Source: Clostridia bacterium (GTDB taxonomy: Bacteria; Bacillota; Clostridia; Saccharofermentanales; Saccharofermentanaceae). Taken from it: a stretch of DNA of 64,000 bases. This document shows positions 18,475 to 27,884 of the stretch, piece after piece (position 1 is the first letter of the stretch; each line of letters begins with the position of its first letter). A program made the translations under genes and the position numbers. The notes beneath the pieces were generated by a model that ran no database searches, had not been told where the DNA came from, and was given only the letters and a program-made list of their open reading frames with translations. Location: NCBI GenBank assembly GCA_024403775.1, contig JAKSRE010000008.1, positions 22,096-86,095 of the forward strand, given 5' to 3'.

Positions 18475-19401
18475 ATGGGTAAAATTGTTAATGTGCGTTT
18501 CCATGACGCAGGTAAACTATATAAGTTCAGATGCGACAATCTCTCCCTCAAAATCGGAGATGCAGTTATGGTCGAGACCTCTCTCGGCCCTGATCTTGCT
18601 CATGTTGCAGAGGAACCTTATGAGCTCGAAGACAGTAAAATCAGCTCTGATGTAGTTAGTATACAAAGACTTGCTGATAACTCAGAGATAGAGCGCTATG
18701 AGGTGAAGAAGCAGAAGGAGAACGAAGCTTATTCTATTTGTCTCTCCCTCATTGAAAAGCATAAATTAGACATGAACCTGATTGAAGCGGTATTTGCTTT
18801 TGATGGTAAGAAGATCATGTTCTATTTTACTTCTGATAATCGTGTCGATTTCCGTGAACTGGTTAAAGACTTAGCTGCAACCTTTAAGGTAAGAATTGAG
18901 CTTCGTCAGATCGGTTCAAGAGATCAGGCTAAGCTTGTAGGTGGTATTGGTATTTGTGGAAGAGAGCTTTGCTGCTGTACTTTCCTTAATCACTTTGCAC
19001 CAGTAACACTTCGTATGGCAAGAGATCAGGGTTTGTCTTTAAATCCAACCAAATTAAATGGTGCCTGCGGAAGACTTATGTGCTGTCTTCAGTTTGAGAA
19101 AGAAGTCTATGATGATGCACACAGAAGACTTCCTAAGGCTGGTACACATATCAGAACACCACATGGTACAGGTGTTGTAAATGATGTAAGTTATCTCGAA
19201 GAGATTGTTACAGTTAAGTTCGTTAAGGATGATCTTACTGAAGTAGAGAAGTTTGAATGGGCTCAGCTTGAGCCACTTAATCCACAGCTCGTTCAAAATC
19301 AGGAGAAGGATAAAGAGAAGAACTCTGAAGGAGATAGCGGCTGCGGACATAACTGTTCAGGATGTCCTAATAACAGTGGATGTGAAGCAGCAAAGAGTTA
19401 A
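18475..19401 (+). CDS. ricT: PSP1 domain protein (YaaT/RicT-like)
   Basis: PSP1 C-terminal domain with conserved cysteines (ICGRELCCCTF, GACGRLMCCLQFE). Its position after holB matches B. subtilis yaaT. Confidence 0.85.
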   Translation: MGKIVNVRFHDAGKLYKFRCDNLSLKIGDAVMVETSLGPDLAHVAEEPYELEDSKISSDVVSIQRLADNSEIERYEVKKQKENEAYSICLSLIEKHKLDMNLIEAVFAFDGKKIMFYFTSDNRVDFRELVKDLAATFKVRIELRQIGSRDQAKLVGGIGICGRELCCCTFLNHFAPVTLRMARDQGLSLNPTKLNGACGRLMCCLQFEKEVYDDAHRRLPKAGTHIRTPHGTGVVNDVSYLEEIVTVKFVKDDLTEVEKFEWAQLEPLNPQLVQNQEKDKEKNSEGDSGCGHNCSGCPNNSGCEAAKS

Positions 19402-19509
19402 GGCCTTGACTGAGGTTTGACGCAGTATTTTTTCAACATTGATTCTTATTTGATTGTTGTTTTATGTAATTTAGTGTATAATTACAAAAAAATAAAGGAG
19501 GACGAAGAC

Positions 19510-19680
19510 ATGGCTTATGTAATTTCTGACGCTTGCCTTTCATGTGGTAGTTGCGCTGATTCATGTCCTGTTTCAGCTATTTCACAGGGCGATACTCAGT
19601 ATGTTATCGACGCTGATACATGTATTGAGTGTGGTTCATGTGCAGGAACATGTCCTGTATCTGCAATCGCAGCTGAGTAA
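19510..19680 (+). CDS. 2x[4Fe-4S] ferredoxin
   Basis: 56 aa with two CxxCxxCxxxCP motifs. ATG 19510 follows aaaggagg. The longer track ORF from 19417 is an upstream extension. Confidence 0.9.
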   Translation: MAYVISDACLSCGSCADSCPVSAISQGDTQYVIDADTCIECGSCAGTCPVSAIAAE

Positions 19681-19698
19681 TTAAAAGGTATTTTTAAG

Positions 19699-19732
19699 AG
19701 GCTGCAGCCCTATTAGCTGCAGCCTTTTTTAT
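19699..19732 (+). terminator. intrinsic terminator
   Basis: aggctgcagc-cctatta-gctgcagcct followed by tttttt. Confidence 0.85.
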
Positions 19733-19752
19733 TTCTTAAAAGTTGGTGGCAG

Positions 19753-20628
19753 ATGGATTTAAATAATCTCCCGGATAATATTACATTAGAGAGCCTTGAC
19801 CGTAATGGCTTCAGACTTCTACAACTTAAAGACGGATTCAGATACGGAACAGACATGACTCTTCTTGCCTGGTTTACTGCTTCGCTTATTAAAAAAAGCA
19901 GAATTAAGTCAGGTAACAGACTTAAGGTTCTTGAACTTGGCAGTAATACTGGGGCAGGTTCCATGCTCCTTTGTGCCAGATTTATTGATCTGTTAAATAG
20001 TATAAATGTATTAAATCCGCTTCAAAACTTATCAGAATATCTAATTTTGGATGATGTAGAGATAAATGAGCCTTCATATAAGGTTTTATGCGAGAATGTC
20101 GATATTAACGGGCTTTGTAACACTGTTACACCAGTAAATTCTGACCTTAGAGAGCTTCCTGACCCCCTAAAATCAAGACAGTATGACCTGATATTTTTTA
20201 ATCCACCATTTTTTAATAATAGTAAAGGGCCTTCTGCCAAAATGAATTCAGATAATCAGGATGCCAGATTAAGCGGACGATTTGAAGAACACGGTTCACT
20301 TGATGATTTTATTTCTGTAGCATCAAAGAGAGCCGTTCCCGATAGTGGCTATATTGCCCTTATCATGCAGGCTGGAAGATTAAGCGATGTATTAACATCT
20401 TTTAAAAATAACGGAATTAAACCAACACTATTACTTAATATTCATCCGTTTTCTGATAAGAATGCGACGATGTTTATGGTAGCGGGTAAGAAGACAACAA
20501 AAATGACAGATTTTAAGATTCTTCCACCGCTCATATTAAATGAGAAAGATAATCTGACTGGCGATATAAAGCCGTCAAAGGAAATAGATAGTATTTATAA
20601 CGAGGTACATAAAACGTGCTTTATTTAG
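19753..20628 (+). CDS. SAM-dependent N6-adenine methyltransferase (YabB / tRNA1(Val) m6A37 methyltransferase-like)
   Basis: Motif I LELGSNTGAGS and motif IV FFNPPFF (NPPF). Its position upstream of rsmI matches B. subtilis yabB-yabC. Confidence 0.75.
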   Translation: MDLNNLPDNITLESLDRNGFRLLQLKDGFRYGTDMTLLAWFTASLIKKSRIKSGNRLKVLELGSNTGAGSMLLCARFIDLLNSINVLNPLQNLSEYLILDDVEINEPSYKVLCENVDINGLCNTVTPVNSDLRELPDPLKSRQYDLIFFNPPFFNNSKGPSAKMNSDNQDARLSGRFEEHGSLDDFISVASKRAVPDSGYIALIMQAGRLSDVLTSFKNNGIKPTLLLNIHPFSDKNATMFMVAGKKTTKMTDFKILPPLILNEKDNLTGDIKPSKEIDSIYNEVHKTCFI

Positions 20629-21440
20629 TAGGAACACCAATAGGTAATCTTGGAGATATGTCTCCAAGAGCAAAAGAAATCCTTTCTTCTGCTGACATAA
20701 TCGCTTGCGAGGATACCAGAAGAACAGGCCTTTTATTGTCTGAGTTCGGAATAACGGGGCATCTTGTCTCATATCATGAGCACAACAAAGCTTCCAAGGG
20801 AAATGTGCTCCTTAATGAGCTTATCTCTGGAAAAACAGTCGCACAGGTATCAGATGCGGGTATGCCTTCTGTAAGTGATCCTGGAGAGGACCTTGTTAAA
20901 TTATGTATCGAAAATGGTATCGAAGTATCTGTAATACCAGGTCCTGTAGCAGGAATAACCGCACTTGTCATGAGTGGACTTGATACCAGATATTACCATT
21001 TTGAAGGTTTTTTACCTTCAGAGTCAAAGCCTCGCAAGGAGAGACTTAATATTTTGAAGTCATACAGAGAGACAATTATTCTTTATGAGGCACCTCACAG
21101 ACTAAATAAATTAATCGATGAATTAATCGATTCTGGCTTTGGTGACTGCAAAGCTGCTTTTTGCCGTGAGATGACAAAAAAGTATGAAGAAGTAATAAGA
21201 CTTACTATAAATGAAGCAAAGACATACTTTGAAGAGAATAATCCAAGAGGAGAATTCGTAGTCTGCCTTGAGAATCAGATAGAAACTGTTGAGGAACTTT
21301 CAGAAGAATCTGTAGACAGCCTGATATTTAAGTTAAATGAAGAGGGAAAGAGTAAAAAGGACATATCAAGAATAATTGCAGATAAGACAGGTAAGAACAA
21401 AAAAGAGATATACGATTACATTGTAAATCTGTTAAAATAA
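20616..21440 (+). CDS. rsmI: 16S rRNA (cytidine1402-2'-O)-methyltransferase
   Basis: LYLVGTPIGNLGDMSPRA and SDAGMPSVSDPG motifs. GTG start overlaps the previous gene by 13 nt. Confidence 0.9.
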   Translation: MLYLVGTPIGNLGDMSPRAKEILSSADIIACEDTRRTGLLLSEFGITGHLVSYHEHNKASKGNVLLNELISGKTVAQVSDAGMPSVSDPGEDLVKLCIENGIEVSVIPGPVAGITALVMSGLDTRYYHFEGFLPSESKPRKERLNILKSYRETIILYEAPHRLNKLIDELIDSGFGDCKAAFCREMTKKYEEVIRLTINEAKTYFEENNPRGEFVVCLENQIETVEELSEESVDSLIFKLNEEGKSKKDISRIIADKTGKNKKEIYDYIVNLLK

Positions 21441-21481
21441 CAATAGAGTAATGTCGATTTTTATTGTTTAAGGCGGTGTTT

Positions 21482-23977
21482 ATGGATAGCTTTGATTTAA
21501 TGGGTTCGGAACCGACTTTTTATAGTCACAAAGACATGATGAGTCTTGTTGATTCATTTACATTCTCAGAATGTGCATCAATAGCAGACGAGGCCATGCT
21601 TTGCCGCTTTGTTATGATTCCACGCGAACAAAGAATGTTTTTTACTGATGGTATGAGAAATATCCTTGGCCCTATGGCTCAGCAGGATGTTCTTTTATCT
21701 ACTTTTCTTCAGTTTGTACCAGATGCTGAACGTGAATATGTAACTAATCAGTATGATTCTGCGCTTCGTGAGCTCGTAGTTAACGGTAATGGAGTAAGAA
21801 CAATAAATCATTCACTTTGTAAATCTGCTTATGAGATTTATGAGGTTAAATCATATATGCAGATTGTTCAGGTCGATAAGATAAATTATATTGTCGGCTT
21901 CATGATTGACTGCACAAAGAGCGCATTAGAGAAGTCTATTTTCCAGTTCTTTGGTGAAGGAATTAACGATTATCTTTTTGTTTATGATACTTATAACGAT
22001 ATCTGTTATTTAAGTAATAGATTTGTTTTAGATTTTGATATTCCATCTGAGATTCTTCCAAATGCATCCAAAGAATATCAGCGATTCGTTCATCCTGATG
22101 ATGTTGATTTAATTAGTGATGCAATCAAAAATTTTGTAAATGGAACTTCCAAGGATTTTAATTTTACCTGTAGATTCTTATCAAGTATGACGGGCGAGAT
22201 ACACCTTAGAGCAAACGGTATATCCGATGCGGGAAGAGATGGTGTTCTCGGAGGAGATATGCAGTATCTCTCAGGATGCTTTACAGATGTAACTGAGTAT
22301 GTAAAGGATGCTTCTATCCGTAATAACCTTATCGATGGTTCAGCAGCTATTACTTTTTATGCTGATTTGAAGACTAATCAGCTCGTACTTTCGGAGAATA
22401 TTAGAGAGATATTCCCAGATGTGGAATTGTCTGTTAATGGCGATATCCTCGAAAAGGTTGCTAATGTAGTAATCGGTGAAGATAGAAAGCGTTTCCGTGA
22501 TGTAATGAATCAGGTTATTGACGGAAATCAAAAGAAATTCTCTATGGAGTTCAGAGCTGCTATTAAAGAGGATAAGTATGTATGGATTGCTATTCGAGGC
22601 AAGTCTTTTTATGATGCTTCCAAGCAGGGACTTATGGTAGTAGGTTCAATCTTTGACTTAACTCAGATGAATGAGTTCAGAGAAGATGTTGAGCGTAACG
22701 CTTCCTGCCACGAACTTACTGGTCTTCCAACAAGAGAGAAACTCTTAATTGATGCTGAGACTCTTATCCACGATAAGAATCTTTTGTCAGCAGCTTTGGT
22801 TCTGGTTGATGTTAATGGCTTCCATTCATTTAACGACCGTTACGGAAGAACCGCTGGCAATGAGATCTTGATTGCTATCTCAAGTATGCTTCAAAAGCAC
22901 CTACCTAACCAGGCTTCCATATATCAGATTGGTATTGATACCTTCTGTATTCTCTGGCCACATGCATCAAGACTTAAAGTTACTGAATATATGACTTATC
23001 TTCAGGAAGAGAGTATTCAGCCACTTGATACAGGACGAGGAACATTCTTTGTTACATATGGCTTATCTGCTTCAATTTATCCTTCATGTGGATCATCTGT
23101 AGATGAGCTTCTTGTTAATGCCGAGATTGCACTTCATAAGGTAAAGCAGGATAAGAAACTTAAATTCGCAATCTATTCTCCAGTAGATAAGCGTGAGCTT
23201 AAGGAGCGACTTGATTTTGAGCTTCAGATCACACAGTCCATCCGTAATGGAATGGAGAACTTCCAGCTTTACTATCAGCCTCTTATGGATGCTGAGACAG
23301 GTAATCTTGCTGGTGCTGAGGCACTCTTAAGATGGATTGCTCCAAATGGAGAACTCATTAACCCAGAAAGAGTTGTAAACGCTCTTGAGACTACTGACCA
23401 GATGGAGATGGTAGGCTCATGGATTTTGAATAAAGCAATCTCTCAGTGTTCAGCATGGATCAAGAATGGTGCTAATCCTAATTTCTATGTTCATATAAAT
23501 GTTACTGCAGACGACATCGTAAGAAGAGATTTCTCAAGTGATGTACTAGCAGCTCTTGCAAGATATAATCTTAATCCAAAGAATATTCTTCTTGAGATTA
23601 CTGAGACATCCCTCATGAAGAACATCGCGATGTGTCGTGCGAATCTGATAAGACTTAGAAGTGAGGGTATAAGAATTGCTCTTGATGATTTTGGAACAGG
23701 ATATTCTTCCTTTAACTATCTTAAGGAACTTCCTGTTGATGAGATAAAGATTGATAAGGCTTTCGTTGACGATATGGAGACAGAGGCATTCAATCGTTCA
23801 TTTATCTGCGCTATCATAATCCTAGCACATTCAATCAATAAGAAGGTATGTGTTGAGGGTGTTGAGAGTGAGAAACAGTATCAGTTTATCAGAGGCCTCG
23901 GAGGAGATATCATCCAGGGATATTATTTTAATAAGCCGCTTACTGTGTTTAATTTTGAAAATAAATATTTTAAGTGA
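21482..23977 (+). CDS. PAS-domain signalling protein with a degenerate GGDEF domain and an intact EAL domain (c-di-GMP phosphodiesterase-like)
   Basis: EAL motifs are present: QPLMDAETGNLAGAEALLRW, LEITE, DDFGTGYSS, KIDKAFV, EGVE, QGYYF. At the GGDEF position the sequence reads GIDTF. Confidence 0.85.
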   Translation: MDSFDLMGSEPTFYSHKDMMSLVDSFTFSECASIADEAMLCRFVMIPREQRMFFTDGMRNILGPMAQQDVLLSTFLQFVPDAEREYVTNQYDSALRELVVNGNGVRTINHSLCKSAYEIYEVKSYMQIVQVDKINYIVGFMIDCTKSALEKSIFQFFGEGINDYLFVYDTYNDICYLSNRFVLDFDIPSEILPNASKEYQRFVHPDDVDLISDAIKNFVNGTSKDFNFTCRFLSSMTGEIHLRANGISDAGRDGVLGGDMQYLSGCFTDVTEYVKDASIRNNLIDGSAAITFYADLKTNQLVLSENIREIFPDVELSVNGDILEKVANVVIGEDRKRFRDVMNQVIDGNQKKFSMEFRAAIKEDKYVWIAIRGKSFYDASKQGLMVVGSIFDLTQMNEFREDVERNASCHELTGLPTREKLLIDAETLIHDKNLLSAALVLVDVNGFHSFNDRYGRTAGNEILIAISSMLQKHLPNQASIYQIGIDTFCILWPHASRLKVTEYMTYLQEESIQPLDTGRGTFFVTYGLSASIYPSCGSSVDELLVNAEIALHKVKQDKKLKFAIYSPVDKRELKERLDFELQITQSIRNGMENFQLYYQPLMDAETGNLAGAEALLRWIAPNGELINPERVVNALETTDQMEMVGSWILNKAISQCSAWIKNGANPNFYVHINVTADDIVRRDFSSDVLAALARYNLNPKNILLEITETSLMKNIAMCRANLIRLRSEGIRIALDDFGTGYSSFNYLKELPVDEIKIDKAFVDDMETEAFNRSFICAIIILAHSINKKVCVEGVESEKQYQFIRGLGGDIIQGYYFNKPLTVFNFENKYFK

Positions 23978-24018
23978 TAAACTATAGTGTCACATAAGTT
24001 TTTAGGGAGGTCACGTAT

Positions 24019-24807
24019 ATGAAGTGTTCAAAATGTGGATTTGAAGACAACTCTAATTCAAAGTTCTGTAGTAATTGTGGAACACCATTAGTAGTTAGTG
24101 AACCAGTAGTTGAGACTGTGAAAGAAGAAGTTAAGCCAGCTGAGGAAGTAAAGGCTGAAGAGCCAAAAAAGGAAGCTCCTGCTCCAGTAGCTGCACCAGT
24201 TGTTACACCAGTAGCACCAGCACCTGCTCCTGCTGCTCCAGCACAGCCAGAGGCTCCAGTAGCACCTGTTGCTCCAGCACCAGCTGTAAATAGATTTGCT
24301 CCAAATGCAGGCGCAGTTGATATGGGTAAAAGTTCAGTTATTCCAGAAGCACCAAAGGCTCCTGTTGCACCAGTTGTTCCAGTTGTAGCTGAAGAGAAGG
24401 CTATTCCAGTTGATAAGAAGGCAGCAAAGAAAGCTGAGAAGGAGGCAAAGAAGAACGCAAAAATTGACGAGAAGAATACTGCTAAGTCTTCTAAGGCAGT
24501 AGCAAAGGCTGAAGCTGAACAGGCAAAGATTGATGCTTGTCCTAAGTGCTATAAGCCAGTATCTGCTACAAAATTCTTCTGGCTTATGTTAATTAACGCA
24601 ATCCCAGTAGTAGGATTGGTATTCTCATTCTTCGCATCACTTATCTCGCCTAATCGTAACATTAAGAGATTTGAGAAGGCAGCTTGCATCTGGTCTTTTA
24701 TCCTTACACTTATCGTTGCAGGATTGATCTGTGTTGGCGTATTCTATTTTGGTGATGATAATATCTTTGATATCCTCTATGATCTCGGTGAGGCATTGGG
24801 ATTCTGA
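24019..24807 (+). CDS. hypothetical zinc-ribbon protein with Pro/Ala-rich linker and C-terminal membrane segments
   Basis: CSKCG..CSNCG zinc ribbon, a PAPVAAPVVTPVAPAPAPAAPAQPEAP linker, and two hydrophobic segments at the C-terminus. Confidence 0.65.
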   Translation: MKCSKCGFEDNSNSKFCSNCGTPLVVSEPVVETVKEEVKPAEEVKAEEPKKEAPAPVAAPVVTPVAPAPAPAAPAQPEAPVAPVAPAPAVNRFAPNAGAVDMGKSSVIPEAPKAPVAPVVPVVAEEKAIPVDKKAAKKAEKEAKKNAKIDEKNTAKSSKAVAKAEAEQAKIDACPKCYKPVSATKFFWLMLINAIPVVGLVFSFFASLISPNRNIKRFEKAACIWSFILTLIVAGLICVGVFYFGDDNIFDILYDLGEALGF

Positions 24808-24848
24808 TTTATCTTATCCGACTAATTAGGTTGAATTAAAGTTTTTAT

Positions 24849-24880
24849 AAGCACTCAGTGTAATAGCTGAGTGCTTTTTT
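24849..24880 (+). terminator. intrinsic terminator
   Basis: aagcactcag-tgtaatag-ctgagtgctt followed by tttt. Confidence 0.85.
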
Positions 24881-25084
24881 ACGCTGATGTCACGTTTGTT
24901 CGGATGTGTCTCCTAATAATAGAATAATATAGAGCACAAATTAAATAGATTACAAAGAGAATATACTACAAGTGTAATATAGACATATAGCTTCTATTAT
25001 GTTTTCTGTCTATAGTGATTGAACATTCGTAATGATTCCATTATCTAATATTCTGGTTCTTTTAAAGAATGTTGAATAATTAAT

Positions 25085-25118
25085 AAGGTCACCCTGGAAG
25101 AATTGCCAGGGTGACCTT
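25085..25118. other. isolated perfect 13-bp-stem hairpin in an ORF-free AT-rich gap
   Basis: aaggtcaccctgg-aagaattg-ccagggtgacctt. There is no T-run on the + strand and an A/T-rich run on the - strand side. Confidence 0.7.
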
Positions 25119-25344
25119 ACTCTTACGAGTAACACTATGAAAACACTATATCCTGGGTAGGATGAGATTATTATACTTAAATAGTGTACTAATATTGGTA
25201 CAGATTGTTCTGTGGCATAAAAAGTATTGGTGATATTACCAAAGTTCTTTTTATTGGTTAATATCTGAAGTAAGAACTTGAGAATTTATTGTTTTGATAG
25301 TAGGATAGTTTTGAAGTTTATTATTTTTGGAAAGGTAGAGTAGT

Positions 25345-26478
25345 ATGCATTTTTTTATTAAGCATAAAGATTTGAACATATTGAAGTTTGAATTAATACA
25401 TAACTTTGCCGATCCAGAAGTACAAATTGAATGGATTAATGAGGACTTTAGAGAATTTCTTCCACTAGATTTAGAACTTACGAACGAGGGTGTTGCTAAG
25501 TGGCTTAAGCATAGAACAATACCTAAGAACAGAGCGTACGTAAATAACTTTCTTTCAAAATGTGGCCTTAGTATAAATAGACCTATGGATATTATATCTG
25601 TGTCTAAGGGGCTTAGTCTAAATGATGTTTACTGGGTTGTAGAAGAAGGCTTTGATGGGTGTTTTGACAGGTATAATCTATACGAGAATAATTTTAGTCA
25701 GATTTTAGCGTTGATTGCTTTTACTGGTTACGGTAGTTCTATTAGAAGTTCTCTTGCATCATGCCCTGAGTTTACAACAAATGGTAATTTGCCTAAATGT
25801 TGGAGAAGAGAATCAGGAAAGGTATACCTTTATAAGGGTGGAACTTCTGGGGCTTCAAATACTGGTAATGAACCTTATTCCGAATACTATGCATCTCAGA
25901 TTGCAAAGGCTATGGGTATAAATGCAATTGACTATAGCATTAAAAAATGGAATGGTGAGTTGTGCTCAGTCTGTGAGATATTCTCTGGTTTAGATTATTC
26001 ATTTGTTCCAGTTGGAAGGCTAGTAACAAAGGGAGGAATGGAAGCGGTAAGAGCCTTCTATGAAGGTTTAGGTCCTGAATTTGTAGATGCTCTTAATGAA
26101 ATGCTTGTATTTGATGCCGTTATCTGTAACACTGATAGACATTTTGGTAATTTTGGAGTTTTGGTTGATAACAAAACCAATAAGATAGTTTGTCCTGCTC
26201 CTTTATTTGATCATGGTAATTCTCTTTTCAATTTCGCTGGAGGATTGGACTTAGAATCTAGTGAAGCTTTTCAGGAATATGTTGATACTCTTTTACCAGC
26301 TACATATGACGATTTTATTTCTACTGCAAAAATGTTCATGACTGACAAAAATCGAGAGCAAGTTAGACACTTGTTGGATTATAAACTGAAAAAGAATGTA
26401 AGATATAACGTTTCAAATGAACGATATAAACTTATAAATTCTCAAATAATTAAGCGTGCCAAACTGTTGCTTGAATGA
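25345..26478 (+). CDS. HipA-like serine/threonine kinase domain protein (solitary, no adjacent HipB)
   Basis: 377 aa. Catalytic-loop-like CNTDRHFGNFG (DRHxxN) and the downstream FDHGNSLF. The gene is visibly more AT-rich than its neighbours. Confidence 0.7.
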   Translation: MHFFIKHKDLNILKFELIHNFADPEVQIEWINEDFREFLPLDLELTNEGVAKWLKHRTIPKNRAYVNNFLSKCGLSINRPMDIISVSKGLSLNDVYWVVEEGFDGCFDRYNLYENNFSQILALIAFTGYGSSIRSSLASCPEFTTNGNLPKCWRRESGKVYLYKGGTSGASNTGNEPYSEYYASQIAKAMGINAIDYSIKKWNGELCSVCEIFSGLDYSFVPVGRLVTKGGMEAVRAFYEGLGPEFVDALNEMLVFDAVICNTDRHFGNFGVLVDNKTNKIVCPAPLFDHGNSLFNFAGGLDLESSEAFQEYVDTLLPATYDDFISTAKMFMTDKNREQVRHLLDYKLKKNVRYNVSNERYKLINSQIIKRAKLLLE

Positions 26479-26612
26479 TTTATGTGTATGAGAAATATAG
26501 GCATGAATAGCACCTGCTATTTGTGTCTATATTTTTATATATTTGACTTCTGACTGTAATATTTTTCTTTTAGAATGGTGAAAGAGAAACTATACATCGG
26601 AGGTTATTCGTA

Positions 26613-27242
26613 ATGTCTGAAGAAGAATTGATTTCAAAGCAGCAGTTATTAAGAGCTGCAAAAATCTCATACGGAACTTTATACCGCTGGAAGAGAATGA
26701 ATCTCATTCCTGAAAGCTGGTTTATTCATAGAGCTACAAAAACTGGACAGGAGACATTCTTCCCAAGAACCAAGATTCTCACAAGAATTCAGAGAATCCA
26801 GGAACTTAAGGGTGAGCTTACTGTTGAGCAGATGCAGGAGTTGTTCTCCGCAAATGTTAAGAGCTTCGTAATTCCACGCAAGGATTTTGAGGAATTGGAG
26901 CTTGTATCTGCAACATCACTTAAGGCATTCAACTGCGTATTCCCAGAGAAAACACAGTTCGACTTTAATGATGTTTTCGTTATGTATGTTGTAGAGCATC
27001 TTTTGAGACTTTCTGGTCTTTATATCGAGGATGCAAAGCAGGTAGTAAGAATGCTTTGTAAGTATTTGCCATGCGAGACAAGTAAGGATTATCAGCTTTT
27101 GCTTCTTAGAAAGCTTGGTGTTCCAATGACACTTCTTGTAAGAGGTGACGAGGACATCCTTCTTGAGGATCAGACAGAGATCATTGCCTGCGCAAATCTT
27201 ATTGAGTTTGAAGAGGCACTTAAGGAACAGCTCATTGCTTAA
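26613..27242 (+). CDS. MerR-like helix-turn-helix protein (DUF4004-type)
   Basis: N-terminal HTH ISKQQLLRAAKISYGTLYRWKRMNLIPESW. The remainder is uncharacterised. Confidence 0.6.
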   Translation: MSEEELISKQQLLRAAKISYGTLYRWKRMNLIPESWFIHRATKTGQETFFPRTKILTRIQRIQELKGELTVEQMQELFSANVKSFVIPRKDFEELELVSATSLKAFNCVFPEKTQFDFNDVFVMYVVEHLLRLSGLYIEDAKQVVRMLCKYLPCETSKDYQLLLLRKLGVPMTLLVRGDEDILLEDQTEIIACANLIEFEEALKEQLIA

Positions 27243-27261
27243 TTGGTAGGGGGAACGGACA

Positions 27262-27777
27262 TTGACGATTCAGGAAAAAGAAGAATTGATTTTAGTATTG
27301 TCTGCTCTTAGTGAGCCTGTGCGTATCCGCATTGTTCAGCTCATTGCCGAAAATGGTGAATTATGCGCCAAGGATATTCAGGCTAATTTCAGTATTACGC
27401 AGCCAACCATGTCTCATCATATGAATATTCTTACTGAAAGAGGAATTATCGACAGTCGTAAAGAAGGTCGTAGTATTTTCTATTCAGTAAATAAAGAGAA
27501 TATTAACCTGCTTCGTGATATGCTTTATGAACTCACTATTCCACCAATTATCATTACTAATGAAGAAGTAAAGCGCAATATCATTAAGCGTAATAGCAAA
27601 CCTTCTGAGATTAAGATTAATGGTGCTCAGCTTAAGAAGAGTTCATCTGTTCCAAAGCCAAAGAATGCAATTGAGATTCCAGATGTTGCAGAGATGAAGA
27701 AGGCTAAGAAAAAGAAGAGCGACAAGAAGAAAAAATCTAAAGATAAAGAAAAAGATTCAAAGAAGAAAAAGAAGTAA
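27262..27777 (+). CDS. ArsR/SmtB family transcriptional regulator with poly-lysine C-terminal tail
   Basis: Winged HTH LSEPVRIRIVQLIAENGELCAKDIQANFSITQPTMSHHMNILTERGII. The tail is KKAKKKKSDKKKKSKDKEKDSKKKKK. TTG start. Confidence 0.8.
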   Translation: MTIQEKEELILVLSALSEPVRIRIVQLIAENGELCAKDIQANFSITQPTMSHHMNILTERGIIDSRKEGRSIFYSVNKENINLLRDMLYELTIPPIIITNEEVKRNIIKRNSKPSEIKINGAQLKKSSSVPKPKNAIEIPDVAEMKKAKKKKSDKKKKSKDKEKDSKKKKK

Positions 27778-27794
27778 ATTGAATACATTAACAT

Positions 27795-27837
27795 GAACCC
27801 CTAAAGCTGTTTTTGCTTTAGGGGTTCGTGTTTTTTG
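27795..27837 (+). terminator. intrinsic terminator
   Basis: gaacccctaaagc-tgttttt-gctttaggggttc followed by gtgtttttt. Confidence 0.85.
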
Positions 27838-27884
27838 TTCTGAATCAGTCGTTCCTTCAAATCTTTACTCCATGCTGCCTTCGC

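Noticed and set aside
19417-19509. N-terminal extension of the ferredoxin ORF (87 aa in the track).
   Set aside because: The extension has no RBS and reads as hydrophobic junk. A strong aaaggagg RBS precedes ATG 19510, which gives a canonical 56-aa 2x[4Fe-4S] ferredoxin.
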